A stretch of DNA of 54,255 nt from Candidatus Firestoneibacteriota bacterium (GCA_903916325.1 CAIWWK010000156.1:1-54255), one strand, 5' to 3'; shown: positions 30,604 to 40,390, counted from the first letter of the stretch. The notes: generated by a model not told the origin, from the letters alone. Translations and numbers: made by a program.

Positions 30604-30838
30604 GCACCAAATCACAAGTCCGTCCGCAAGCGGACGAGATCGCGCCACAATATTAAATTGTGGCGGACACCAAGCGCCAAATAAGCACCAAGAAACAAAA
30701 AATCAAAAGTCCAAATACGGGCAATTATAAAGGCAGTTTGTAGTTTGTGTTTTTGTGTCTTTATTTGGGATTTGGTGCTTGAGATTTGAGATTTGAACTT
30801 AAGTGATTTGAATTATTGTCATTTAGTCTTACAGGAGG
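30604..30838. repeat. Imperfect-palindromic intercistronic element, copy 2
   Basis: It has the same orientation and architecture as 12965-13217. It fills the xseA-xseB spacer from the TAA stop to the AGGAGG SD. Confidence 0.9.
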
Positions 30839-30842
30839 CTGT

Positions 30843-31082
30843 ATGCCGGAAGAAATTAAGTTTGAAGACGCTTTGAAGAAACTTGAAAAGATTGTGGAGA
30901 CGCTGGAGAGCGGAGATGTCGGCCTGGATGATTCTCTCAAGAAATATGAAGAAGGCGTCAGGCTGCTCCGTTTGTGCACAATCAAGCTGGAAGAGGCGGA
31001 GAAGAAGATTGAGGTGCTGACGAAAGACAAGAACGGCAAGGCAACGGGAACCAAGGAATTCAACAAACCGGAAGGAAAATAA
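30843..31082 (+). CDS. xseB: Exodeoxyribonuclease VII small subunit
   Basis: MPEEIKFEDALKKLEKIVETLESGDVGLDDSLKKYEEGVRL is typical of XseB. ATG 30843 follows AGGAGG. Confidence 0.9.
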   Translation: MPEEIKFEDALKKLEKIVETLESGDVGLDDSLKKYEEGVRLLRLCTIKLEEAEKKIEVLTKDKNGKATGTKEFNKPEGK

Positions 31083-31111
31083 GAACCGTAAACGGAGCAG
31101 AAAGAGGGGCC

Positions 31112-32002
31112 ATGGATATCAAGTCGTATTTAAAGTCGCGCGGAAAAATTGTTGACGCGGCGCTGGACAAATACCTGCCGGGCGGCAAGTCTTATCCGTC
31201 TGTTATTCACGAGGCGATGCGCTATTCAGTTTTCGCCGGCGGGAAAAGGGTCAGACCCATATTGGCAATCATGGCCGCGGAAACCCTGGGCTGTAAAGCT
31301 CAGCGGGTGCTCCCGGCTGCCTGTTCCCTTGAGTTGATCCATACCTATTCGCTCATTCACGACGACCTTCCCTGCATGGATGACGATGATTTTAGAAGAG
31401 GCAAGCCCACAAACCATAAGGTCTTTGGCGAAGCCGTGGCAGTTCTTAGCGGAGACGCGCTCCTGACCTTTGCTTTTGAACTTATAACAAGGAACGCTGA
31501 CGTTAAAGGAGTAAAGCCGGGCGCCGTAATTGAAGCTTTGCGCGTAATTTCCGCCGCTTCCGGCGCGGGCGGCATGGTCGGGGGGCAGGTTGTTGATATG
31601 CTCTCCGAGAAGCAGGAACCGACGCTTCCGGTCCTTCAGTACATACACACGCATAAGACGGGAGCGCTGATACTTGCCCCCATAATGGCCGCGGCCTTGC
31701 TTTGCGGAGCCGGCTTAAAGGAAAAGAAAGCTCTCCGGATATACGGGGAGAACCTCGGTCTTTTGTTCCAGATAGTTGACGACATTCTTAATGTGACCGG
31801 CGACGCAAAGAAACTCGGAAAGAGCGTCGGAAGCGACGCCGCGAGAAAGAAGGTAACCTACCCGGCCCTTTTTGGAATAGAGAACAGCAGGCGGAAGGCA
31901 GGAGACCTAAAGGTTCGGGCCAAAGAAGCGGCTGCATATTTCGGGAAGAAGGCCGCGCTGTTGAACGGGCTTGCAGATTTTGTGTCAGAGAGGGAATCGT
32001 AA
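31112..32002 (+). CDS. ispA: Farnesyl/geranyl diphosphate synthase
   Basis: It has the first Asp-rich motif DDLPCMDDDDFRRG and the second, DDILN. The xseB-ispA-dxs order is conserved. Confidence 0.9.
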   Translation: MDIKSYLKSRGKIVDAALDKYLPGGKSYPSVIHEAMRYSVFAGGKRVRPILAIMAAETLGCKAQRVLPAACSLELIHTYSLIHDDLPCMDDDDFRRGKPTNHKVFGEAVAVLSGDALLTFAFELITRNADVKGVKPGAVIEALRVISAASGAGGMVGGQVVDMLSEKQEPTLPVLQYIHTHKTGALILAPIMAAALLCGAGLKEKKALRIYGENLGLLFQIVDDILNVTGDAKKLGKSVGSDAARKKVTYPALFGIENSRRKAGDLKVRAKEAAAYFGKKAALLNGLADFVSERES

Positions 32003-33865
32003 ATGGCTTTTTTAGATAATATAAAATCGCCGGCGGATCTTCGGAAACTCGGCATTGAATCGCTGGACTCTCTGTCGGCGGAACTGCGCGAGCGCCTGGT
32101 AAAGGTAATCTCGCAGACCGGCGGGCATCTTGCCTCTAATCTCGGAGTGACGGAACTGACAGTCGCTCTTCATTATGTTTTTAATACCCCCGAAGACAGG
32201 ATAGTATGGGATGTGGGGCATCAGGCCTATGTCCACAAACTGCTCACCTGCCGGGCGGACAAGTTCCATACAATAAGGCAGTACGGCGGGTTAAGCGGGT
32301 TCCCGAAAAGGTGCGAGAGCGAGTACGACACCTTTGATACCGGGCATTCCGGCACTTCCATCTCCGCGGCGCTCGGAATGGCCTGCGCCAGGGACCTGGA
32401 CCAGAAGAACTACAAGGTGATAGCGGTTACTGGCGACGCGAGCCTTTCAAACGGCATGTCTTTTGAGGCGATAAACAACGCTGGACACCTTCAAAAAGAC
32501 CTGATTGTAATTCTTAACGACAATGAAATGTCCATCTCGGCCAATGTAGGAGCCCTCGCGAATTACCTTGATAAAATAGGCACTGACGACCGTTACCTTA
32601 AGGTTAAAGAAAACATTAAACGGATAATCAAGAAGTCAAAGTTCCTCGGAGTCCCGCTTGTCCGCGTCGGGCGGGTGTTAGAGGAGAGCGTAAAAGGCGT
32701 AATTTCCAGCGGGATGCTTTTTGAGGAACTTGGTTTTAGGTATTTCGGCCCCATTGACGGGCATAACATAAAAACTCTGGTCGACACCCTGCGCAGTATC
32801 AAGAGGTTTAAAGAGCCGGTGCTCCTGCATGTGGTGACCACGAAAGGAAAAGGCTATAAGCCGGCAGAGAATGACCCGACTTCTTTTCACGGAACGCCAG
32901 CATTTGAAATAGAGAGCGGCGAAGCCAACGCTACCTCAAAGAGGACTTATACCAAGGCCTTCGGCGATTGTATTGTCGAGCTTGGAAAGGAAAACAAGAA
33001 ACTGGTTGCCATTACCGCGGCTATGTCCTCAGGAACCGGGTTGGAGGCCTTCAAGGAAAAGTATCCGGAGAGGTTCTTTGATGTTGGCATCGCCGAGGAG
33101 CATGCCGTGACTTTTGCCGCCGGGATGGCTGTTGACGGTTATCTCCCGGTAGTTGCCATGTATTCTTCCTTCCTGCAAAGGGCTTATGACCAGGTGCTCC
33201 ACGATGTGGCCACGCAGGACCTGCATGTGATCTTTGCGATAGACCGCGCCGGCATCGTAGGCGATGACGGAGAGACGCACCAGGGTGTTTTTGATATTTC
33301 CTTTATGCGTCACATCCCCAATATGACCATTATGGCCCCGGCTGATGAGCCGGAATTCAGGGAAATGCTTGCTCTTGCGGTGGATATGGAAGGCGCGGTA
33401 GCAATCCGTTATCCCAGGGGAGAAGTCGTAACAGAGCGCATTGGAGGAAAGAGCCCGGTGCAGGCAGGGAAATCGGCGGCCGTAAAGACAGGTTCGGAGG
33501 CTTGTATTATTTCGCTCGGCTCAAAACTCCGCGAGGCGCTTAAAGCGTCAACGCTCCTGAAAGTAAAAGGAATCAAAGCGGCGGTAATCAATGCCAGGTT
33601 TGTAAAACCGCTGGACACGGTAATGCTAAAAAGCGCCGCGAAGCGCTATAAGACGATTATAGTAGTAGAAGAGAATATGCTTGCCGGAGGTTTCGGCAGC
33701 GCCATACTGGAATATTACAACGCGGGCGGAATAAAGGCCAATGTAAAACTGCTGGGCCTTCCGGACAAATTCATAGAACACGGTCCCAGAAGCCTGCTTC
33801 TAAAAAAATACGGCATCAGCGGAGAAGGCATAGCGGCTGCTGTTGAGGAAGCTCTCGGAAAATGA
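32003..33865 (+). CDS. dxs: 1-deoxy-D-xylulose-5-phosphate synthase
   Basis: 620 aa. Contains GGHLASNLGVTELTVALH, the ThDP motif GDASLSNGMSFEA..NDN, and FDVGIAEEHAV. Confidence 0.96.
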   Translation: MAFLDNIKSPADLRKLGIESLDSLSAELRERLVKVISQTGGHLASNLGVTELTVALHYVFNTPEDRIVWDVGHQAYVHKLLTCRADKFHTIRQYGGLSGFPKRCESEYDTFDTGHSGTSISAALGMACARDLDQKNYKVIAVTGDASLSNGMSFEAINNAGHLQKDLIVILNDNEMSISANVGALANYLDKIGTDDRYLKVKENIKRIIKKSKFLGVPLVRVGRVLEESVKGVISSGMLFEELGFRYFGPIDGHNIKTLVDTLRSIKRFKEPVLLHVVTTKGKGYKPAENDPTSFHGTPAFEIESGEANATSKRTYTKAFGDCIVELGKENKKLVAITAAMSSGTGLEAFKEKYPERFFDVGIAEEHAVTFAAGMAVDGYLPVVAMYSSFLQRAYDQVLHDVATQDLHVIFAIDRAGIVGDDGETHQGVFDISFMRHIPNMTIMAPADEPEFREMLALAVDMEGAVAIRYPRGEVVTERIGGKSPVQAGKSAAVKTGSEACIISLGSKLREALKASTLLKVKGIKAAVINARFVKPLDTVMLKSAAKRYKTIIVVEENMLAGGFGSAILEYYNAGGIKANVKLLGLPDKFIEHGPRSLLLKKYGISGEGIAAAVEEALGK

Positions 33866-34689
33866 TAAAGAAAGTATTCATAGAAGCAAATCCCGGAAAG
33901 AAGCACGTCGCCGGGACGCTTGCAGCGCTTCAAAAGCTTTTCATTAAGAAGAATATTGAGGTTTTCTTCGGGCCAGGGGCCGGATTAATCGCCGGGAAGA
34001 AATATTCTAACCCTCTCAAGTCCGGAGCCGAGCTTTATATCTCACTGGGAGGCGACGGCACCTTCCTTAAGCTGGCGCGTTCCGTATTTCCGTCTTCATC
34101 CCCTATGCTTGGCATTAACCTGGGATCTCTCGGTTTTCTTGCCGAGATCAAACTCCCGGAAATGAAGAAAGCTGTAGGGAAGGTTTTGGGCGGAGATTAT
34201 CATATAGACGAGAGGATGGCGCTTGAGGCTTGTTTCGGGCAGGGGAAGAAACTTACCGCTCTAAACGAGTTTGTGATCTCGGGAACTACCGGCCGGGTCA
34301 TCAGCCTTTCCGTGAGCGTTGACGGAGAATTTGTAAACACCTACAGCGCTGACGGAATAATCATTTCCACTCCCACCGGCTCCACCGCATATTCGCTCTC
34401 AGCCGGAGGCCCGATTGTAGCGCCAAATGTAAAAGGCATCATAATAACGCCCATCTGCCCCCATTCGCTGACCAACAGGCCCCTGCTTGTCCCGGAAGAA
34501 AGCATTATTGAGTTGAACCTTGAGCTGCGCGGGGGTACGACCGTTATCGCGACGGACGGGCAGGAGAGATTTGAACTGAAAAAGAACGCCGTCCTTGCCG
34601 TCAAGAAGGCAAAAGGCACGGTTAAAATGATTATCCCTTCTAAGAACAGTTATTTCAGGATTCTGCGTGAAAAATTGAGATGGGGCTGA
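33862..34689 (+). CDS. nadK: NAD kinase
   Basis: 275 aa. Contains GGDGTFL, and the STPTGSTAYSLSAGGPIV motif. Confidence 0.9.
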   Translation: MIKKVFIEANPGKKHVAGTLAALQKLFIKKNIEVFFGPGAGLIAGKKYSNPLKSGAELYISLGGDGTFLKLARSVFPSSSPMLGINLGSLGFLAEIKLPEMKKAVGKVLGGDYHIDERMALEACFGQGKKLTALNEFVISGTTGRVISLSVSVDGEFVNTYSADGIIISTPTGSTAYSLSAGGPIVAPNVKGIIITPICPHSLTNRPLLVPEESIIELNLELRGGTTVIATDGQERFELKKNAVLAVKKAKGTVKMIIPSKNSYFRILREKLRWG

Positions 34690-34704
34690 GGAATAAAGAG
34701 GGCT

Positions 34705-36402
34705 ATGCCGCTTAGAGAACTTCACATAAAGAACTTCGCGCTGATTGACGATATGGCCGTTCAGTTTAACGAGGGCTTTAATGTCATGACCGGAGAGACC
34801 GGCGCGGGCAAATCCATTATCATTGACGCAGTAAACTGCGTGCTTGGGGAAAGGGCCGATTCGGAGCTTATCAGGACGGGGCAGGAAACGGCAACCGTGC
34901 AGGGGTTGTTTGAAGGAATCGGTAAAAATACCGTTGAAAAACTTAGTGTAGCCGGAGTGGAGTCAGGAGACACGTTAATAATTAAACGCGAAATCTCCAG
35001 GTCCGGGAAAAATAAATGTTATGTGAACAACAGTCTGGTGACGCTTTCTGCGCTCAAGGCAATCGGCGAATTCCTCGCGGATGTGCACGGCCAGCACGAG
35101 CATCAGACCCTCCTTAATCCGGAAAACCAGCTTGACCTGCTTGACGCTTTCGCAAAAGTCTCAAAAGAAAAAGCGGCTTTTGCCGAACGGTTCGCCAAAC
35201 TCTCCGCGCTGACAGCGGAGCGGGATTCCTTGGTAATGAGCGAATCGGAGAAGCAGAGAAAAACTGACATGCTGGGCTATCAGGTGAAGGAAATTGAAGG
35301 CGCCGGGCTTGTCCCGGGTGAGGACGAAGAGATAGAGAACCGCAGAAATATGATGATAAACTCCGAAAAAGCCGCGGTTTCCGTAAACGAAGCCCACGGG
35401 CTTCTTCTCGGCGATGAAAACACTCCCGGGGCGCTTGCGGGAATTGAAGAGGCGATAAAAAGGGTGCAGTATCTTTCCGGGCTGGACAGCGGCTTAAAGA
35501 CCGCTCTGGAAGAACTGACCGACGCCGCGGCAAAGGTCAAGGACGCTTCGGATTCGGTCTCAGACCTGAAAGAAAAACTCGATTTCGACCCCAAAGAGCT
35601 TGAAACCCTTGAAGACAGAAGGGATCAGCTTATAAAGCTTAAAAAGAAGTACGGCGGAAGCCTCGCGGAAGTTCTCGAGTTCCTCTCAAAGATAAAGGGA
35701 GAGTTAAGGAATATCACAAAGAACGAAGAAGCAATTGAAGCGCTTAATATTGAGCTTGAAGCGGTCAGGAAGGAAACGGCAAAACTGGCGGAAATCCTCT
35801 CCGGGAAAAGAAAGGCGGCTGCCCGGGAATTCGAAAAGAAGGTCGTGAAGGAACTGCAGGATCTGGGCATGGCAAAAATAAAGTTCAAGTCCGATATCTC
35901 CCGGGCCGAAAGTGACGTGGGTCATATTGAGCTTGATGGGAAAAAATATATACTCACAAAGGAAGGCGTTGACCTGGTCCGATTTCTTATCTCTCCGAAC
36001 CTGGGCGAAGATCTTAAGCCTCTTGATAAGATAGCGTCCGGCGGAGAACTCTCAAGGATAATGCTGGCTCTTAAGGTAATACTCGGCGACAGCGATAAGG
36101 TCGCTACCCTGATATTTGACGAGATAGACACAGGGCTTGGCGGGAATATGGGCTCCACAATCGGGGAAAAGATTGCGAGCGTCGCAAAGAGTCACCAGGT
36201 GGTTTGCATCACGCATTTGCCGCAGATAGCCGCAAGAGCCTCTACGCACCTGAATGTCCGCAAGGAAGCGGTGAAAGGCAGAACGCAGGTCTTCGTGGAT
36301 AAGCTCGATCGCGAAGAGAGGGTCAAAGAAGTGGCAAGAATGCTCGGGGACGCTAGTAAAGAAATATCAATCAAGCACGCCAAGGAGCTATTGAAGAAAT
36401 AG
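34705..36402 (+). CDS. recN: DNA repair protein RecN
   Basis: 565 aa. Contains LHIKNFALIDD, Walker A GETGAGKS, signature ASGGELSRIMLALK and FDEIDTGLGG. Confidence 0.95.
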   Translation: MPLRELHIKNFALIDDMAVQFNEGFNVMTGETGAGKSIIIDAVNCVLGERADSELIRTGQETATVQGLFEGIGKNTVEKLSVAGVESGDTLIIKREISRSGKNKCYVNNSLVTLSALKAIGEFLADVHGQHEHQTLLNPENQLDLLDAFAKVSKEKAAFAERFAKLSALTAERDSLVMSESEKQRKTDMLGYQVKEIEGAGLVPGEDEEIENRRNMMINSEKAAVSVNEAHGLLLGDENTPGALAGIEEAIKRVQYLSGLDSGLKTALEELTDAAAKVKDASDSVSDLKEKLDFDPKELETLEDRRDQLIKLKKKYGGSLAEVLEFLSKIKGELRNITKNEEAIEALNIELEAVRKETAKLAEILSGKRKAAAREFEKKVVKELQDLGMAKIKFKSDISRAESDVGHIELDGKKYILTKEGVDLVRFLISPNLGEDLKPLDKIASGGELSRIMLALKVILGDSDKVATLIFDEIDTGLGGNMGSTIGEKIASVAKSHQVVCITHLPQIAARASTHLNVRKEAVKGRTQVFVDKLDREERVKEVARMLGDASKEISIKHAKELLKK

Positions 36403-36403
36403 C

Positions 36404-37045
36404 ATGCAAAACAAGTATAGAGAGCTCTGGAAGGACATACTTTCATTCAAGAAACGCACACTTTCGTTAGGGATATTTATCCTTGTCTTGATACTTTTGA
36501 ATTTTCTACCGTTTGCAATCACGCGAGTTGTCGGCTTTTTGGCGATTATTGCCGGAATTTATGGTTTATTAGTTTGGGCCGTGACTGGGGTTGTGTTCAT
36601 TGTCTTCGGTGTATTGTGGCTGATATCTGCCAGGTATTCTCGCACGCTGGCGTTCCTGATAATTGTGAACCTGGTATTTTTATTTACTTTCGTTTGTTAT
36701 TCCGTCACATTGGAGACATCGGAATGGATAACCGGCAGTTACTGTATCTTTCGTGCTGAGAAGATGATAGATTATCTTGAAAGTTACAAGAAAGAGAAAG
36801 GGGCGTATCCGGAGCATTTCAATCCTAATTCAATGGTCAAAATGGGAATATTTGATCTTCCGCAATACTCATATTACACAGACAAAGAGTGTGGTTATGT
36901 GCTGTGTTTTAATCAGTCACGCGGATATTTTCTTGATTTCCGGGTTTATGCGTACTCTCCGCTGCCTCGAACGGAATACCACCGGAAGATAGGGGAATTA
37001 AGAGAAAGCCCGGCTGGCTGGAAGAATTATATGGAACACTTTTGA
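36404..37045 (+). CDS. Hypothetical membrane protein
   Basis: 213 aa. It has about 3-4 hydrophobic helices in the N-terminal half and a Cys/Tyr-rich soluble C-terminal half. It starts 1 nt after the recN stop. I recognise no family. Confidence 0.5.
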   Translation: MQNKYRELWKDILSFKKRTLSLGIFILVLILLNFLPFAITRVVGFLAIIAGIYGLLVWAVTGVVFIVFGVLWLISARYSRTLAFLIIVNLVFLFTFVCYSVTLETSEWITGSYCIFRAEKMIDYLESYKKEKGAYPEHFNPNSMVKMGIFDLPQYSYYTDKECGYVLCFNQSRGYFLDFRVYAYSPLPRTEYHRKIGELRESPAGWKNYMEHF

Positions 37046-37055
37046 AAGGAGCTAT

Positions 37056-38234
37056 ATGAAAAGAATATACTTAGACCACGCAGCCACTACCCCTGTGCAT
37101 CCGGAGGTTTTGGCGGCTATGACGCCTTACTTTACGGAGAAGTTCGGCAACCCTTCGACCATTTACTATTTTGGGCGCGAAGCGAAAGAAGGCATAGAAA
37201 TCGCAAGGGAGAAGTTCGCGAAAGCCATAAACGCCGATGTCTCGGAGATAGTTTTCACCAGCGGCGGAACGGAAGCGGATAATAACGCAATCATAGGGGC
37301 CGTCAGGGCTTCAGGCAGGAAAGCCGCGCATATAGTCACTTCAAAAATCGAACACCATGCCGTCCTTGAGACTTGCCATTTCCTTGAAAAGGAAGGGTGC
37401 AAAGTGACCTACCTGCCCGTTGACCGCGATGGGTTAGTTGACCCGGTGGAGGTCAAAAAGGCGCTGAATAAAGAAACGGTTATCGTCTCAATAATGTTCG
37501 CCAACAATGAAATCGGGAGCGTTCAGCCTGTCAGGGAAATCGGCGCTGTCTGCCGCGAGAACGGAGTGATTTTTCACACGGACGCGGTGCAAGCGCTCGG
37601 CAGCCTTCCGATAGATGTGGAAGCGCAAAACCTTGATTTGCTCTCTGTTTCCGCCCATAAACTCTACGGCCCGAAGGGTGTAGGAGCTCTTTATATCAGG
37701 AAAGGCGTGAAGTGCTCAAAACTGATGCACGGCGGCGAGCAGGAAAGAAGAAGAAGGGCGGGAACGGAAAATACAGCCGGGATAATAGGGTTCGGAAAGG
37801 CGGTGGAACTGGCGGTTGCCGCGCTGCCTGCGGAAAGCAAGCGGCTTTCGGCGCTCCGCGACGGAATGATAGCGAAGCTTATGAAGAAGATACCCGAAAT
37901 TAAATTGAACGGGCACGCGGTAAAGAGGCTGCCCGGAAACATTAACATCGCGGTCAAATACATAGAGGGTGAATCAATGCTTTTGAACCTGGATATGGAC
38001 GGCATCTGCGCCTCCACGGGCTCCGCCTGCACCTCGGGTTCCCTTGAACCGTCGCACGTGCTGTCCGCCATAGGCATTCCCCCCGAGCTGGCCCACGGTT
38101 CCATCAGGTTCTCGCTCGGAAAGTCCTCCACTAAAGAGGATATGGATTTCGTCGTTGAAAAATTCTCGGAAATCGTAGACAGGCTCAGGAAACTCTCCCC
38201 GCTTTACAAGGGGAACGGCTGCAAAATAAAATAA
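37056..38234 (+). CDS. nifS: Cysteine desulfurase (NifS/IscS family)
   Basis: 392 aa. Contains FTSGGTEADN, the PLP-lysine region SAHKLYGPKGVGALY, and the active-site loop STGSACTSG. Confidence 0.9.
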   Translation: MKRIYLDHAATTPVHPEVLAAMTPYFTEKFGNPSTIYYFGREAKEGIEIAREKFAKAINADVSEIVFTSGGTEADNNAIIGAVRASGRKAAHIVTSKIEHHAVLETCHFLEKEGCKVTYLPVDRDGLVDPVEVKKALNKETVIVSIMFANNEIGSVQPVREIGAVCRENGVIFHTDAVQALGSLPIDVEAQNLDLLSVSAHKLYGPKGVGALYIRKGVKCSKLMHGGEQERRRRAGTENTAGIIGFGKAVELAVAALPAESKRLSALRDGMIAKLMKKIPEIKLNGHAVKRLPGNINIAVKYIEGESMLLNLDMDGICASTGSACTSGSLEPSHVLSAIGIPPELAHGSIRFSLGKSSTKEDMDFVVEKFSEIVDRLRKLSPLYKGNGCKIK

Positions 38235-38250
38235 CTTTTGGAGGAAAACA

Positions 38251-38988
38251 ATGGAAGTAATAATAACAAATTCAGCGGATGAAATGTCAAAGAAAGGGGC
38301 TGAGCTTGTCGCGGCCGCGGTAAAAAAGAATCCTAAAGCCGTGCTCGGGCTGGCCACCGGCGGAACGCCGGTAAAGATGTACGCGGAACTCATAAAACTT
38401 TACAAAAGCGGCGCTCTGGACTTTAAAAAGGTAAGGTCATTCAACCTTGACGAGTATGTGGGGCTGCCGGGAACGCACGACCAGAGTTACAGGTGTTTTA
38501 TGAACGAAAACCTGTTTAACCATATAAACATTGACAAGAAGAACACCAATGTTCCCGACGGGCTCGCGAAGGACATAGAAAAATCCTGCGCGGAATACGA
38601 GGCGAAAATCAAGGCGTGGGGTGGCATAGACCTGCAGGTACTCGGCATAGGAAGCAACGGGCATATCGCGTTCAACGAGCCGCTTTCCGGCGCGATGTCT
38701 AAGACCAGAAAAGTGGCGATATCTCAGAGAACTATATCCGATAACGCGAGGTTTTTCAAGACAATGGATGAAGTTCCGAAAACCGCGGTAACTATGGGTA
38801 TCGGCACCATACTTGAGGCGAGAAAAATAGTATTGCTAGCCAGCGGCGGCAACAAAGCGGACGTCATAGCCGCGGCGGTGGAAGGCCCGGTGACCCAGCT
38901 GGTTCCGGCGAGTTTCCTTCAGCTTCACGCCGACACGGTTTTTGTCGTTGAAAAAGAGGCGGCTTCTAAACTAAAAGGGAAATATTAA
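38251..38988 (+). CDS. nagB: Glucosamine-6-phosphate deaminase
   Basis: 245 aa. Contains GLATGGTP, FNLDEYVGL and GIGSNGHIAFNEP. Confidence 0.9.
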   Translation: MEVIITNSADEMSKKGAELVAAAVKKNPKAVLGLATGGTPVKMYAELIKLYKSGALDFKKVRSFNLDEYVGLPGTHDQSYRCFMNENLFNHINIDKKNTNVPDGLAKDIEKSCAEYEAKIKAWGGIDLQVLGIGSNGHIAFNEPLSGAMSKTRKVAISQRTISDNARFFKTMDEVPKTAVTMGIGTILEARKIVLLASGGNKADVIAAAVEGPVTQLVPASFLQLHADTVFVVEKEAASKLKGKY

Positions 38989-39019
38989 TTACGCGGATGC
39001 GCAGTAAAGGCGGAGGACG

Positions 39020-39055
<36 letters not shown>

Positions 39056-39081
39056 TGGACCGATAGACCCCATGAGTACTT

Positions 39082-39113
39082 AATTAGCAATTAGCAATCA
39101 GTAATTAGTAATC
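39082..39113. repeat. Degenerate tandem heptamer AATTAGC/AATCAGT/AATTAGT x4.5
   Basis: AATTAGC AATTAGC AATCAGT AATTAGT AATC, read directly from the sequence. Confidence 0.85.
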
Positions 39114-39180
39114 CGCGGAGCGGCAGACCGATGCACAACAGCTTTAATAAATTTGCTTAATCTTATGGAGTGAATTGACA

Positions 39181-39495
39181 ATGTCAATTCGCCAAGGTGC
39201 ATCGGAGCGGAGCCGGCAGCGAGGCCAAATGCTAATCAATTGTCAGCGTGAAAGGTCCGAAATCGTCGCGTTCAGTACAGATATTGAAGAATACCGCATG
39301 GATTTACCAAAAGATATGCATATTACAAACCCAAATGGTATACATACTAATTCGGGTGGGAATTGGAATGCAGTATGGCAAGATTTCTTTAATTCATATG
39401 GCAATGGAACCCCATCTTCTAATGAAATCTTAGATAATATGAACAGTATGATTAATGATTTTGGTTTACAAGATTATGAATGGGGTGGAAAATGA
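39181..39495 (+). CDS. Small ORF, possible truncated polymorphic-toxin C-terminal tip (HNH/EndoVII-like tail)
   Basis: The C-terminal half reads DMHITNPNGIHTNSGGNWNAVWQDFF..TPSSNEILDNMNSMINDFGL. From memory, it resembles the tail of HNH-type toxin domains paired with Imm11. No upstream HH catalytic motif or delivery domain is present. Its ATGA overlap with the next gene suggests translational coupling. The real start is uncertain (ATG 39181 or ATG 39298). Confidence 0.35.
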   Translation: MSIRQGASERSRQRGQMLINCQRERSEIVAFSTDIEEYRMDLPKDMHITNPNGIHTNSGGNWNAVWQDFFNSYGNGTPSSNEILDNMNSMINDFGLQDYEWGGK

Positions 39496-40169
39496 GATTC
39501 TACATAATTACCTCTGACAGAGCTTTTCCACTGGCCGAATGGTCCGAGAAAATGAGCTACAGAACGACTATAAGGTGTGTGTCTAACCCGGGGCATCAAA
39601 GAGCCGGCGACAGACAAGACATATTAAGAATTAATGTGCTTTCCACAAAATACATCGATGTTATTTGGACATGGTATAGTGAATTATTATTCAGCGAGAA
39701 AATTGTGGAAATGTTTCGAAAGGAAAACATTACAGGCTACGTTGTATCTACAGTTGTTGTAGATAATGTCTTTAGTTCTGCTGAAAGACAGAATCTATTG
39801 CTAATCAACAAGAAGCCATGTGTGGTATCAGAAAAATACGATAATAATAATCAAAATATTATCGAAAAACTTTCAGAAATAAAGATTATTGGGAAGGGTG
39901 GTTTTGCTGATAAGCATACTGGAATACTTTTATTAGAGCAATGCAATGAATGTGGATATAAGAAATACACTCCCTTTAGAAATGGTATTTTTATTGATGA
40001 AAAGCAATGGGACGGTTCCGATATGTTTCGAGTAGAACCATTTGGATATGCAGTTGTTTCTGAGAGATTTAAGATGGTAGTAGAAAAGAACAAGATATTA
40101 AATATATGCTTCAGGGAAACAAAAGACATAATTCATCCATCAAGGCGAAACATTGGTAAGAATACTTGA
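39492..40169 (+). CDS. Imm11-like (DUF1629 / double-CXXCG family) immunity protein
   Basis: 225 aa. It has the N-terminus MRFYIITSD, a CNECG motif, and WDGSDMFRVEPFGYAVVSERFK near the C-terminus. This is recognised by recollection of the family, not by a search. The gene is AT-rich. Confidence 0.5.
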   Translation: MRFYIITSDRAFPLAEWSEKMSYRTTIRCVSNPGHQRAGDRQDILRINVLSTKYIDVIWTWYSELLFSEKIVEMFRKENITGYVVSTVVVDNVFSSAERQNLLLINKKPCVVSEKYDNNNQNIIEKLSEIKIIGKGGFADKHTGILLLEQCNECGYKKYTPFRNGIFIDEKQWDGSDMFRVEPFGYAVVSERFKMVVEKNKILNICFRETKDIIHPSRRNIGKNT

Positions 40170-40328
40170 AGGCTGAACAACCGCCTACAATGACTGTAAT
40201 GCCAGGAAAGAAGATAGTGTAACTTATTATACAATGACGTCTACGGTCGCAGTGTAATTGTAAAGCACTAAGAGGACAGCTGCCCCTGTTACTACTTATG
40301 ATATAAGTACTATTCACGGAAAAGAGTC

Positions 40329-40357
40329 TTGACAACCCTGGAATATTGACATATAAT
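40329..40357 (+). promoter_or_regulatory. Perfect consensus sigma70 promoter upstream of the AAA ATPase
   Basis: TTGACA (40329-40334), exactly 17 nt, TATAAT (40352-40357). Confidence 0.7.
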
Positions 40358-40390
40358 AATGGAAACGCTAACTCCAATAAGGCAGGTATA

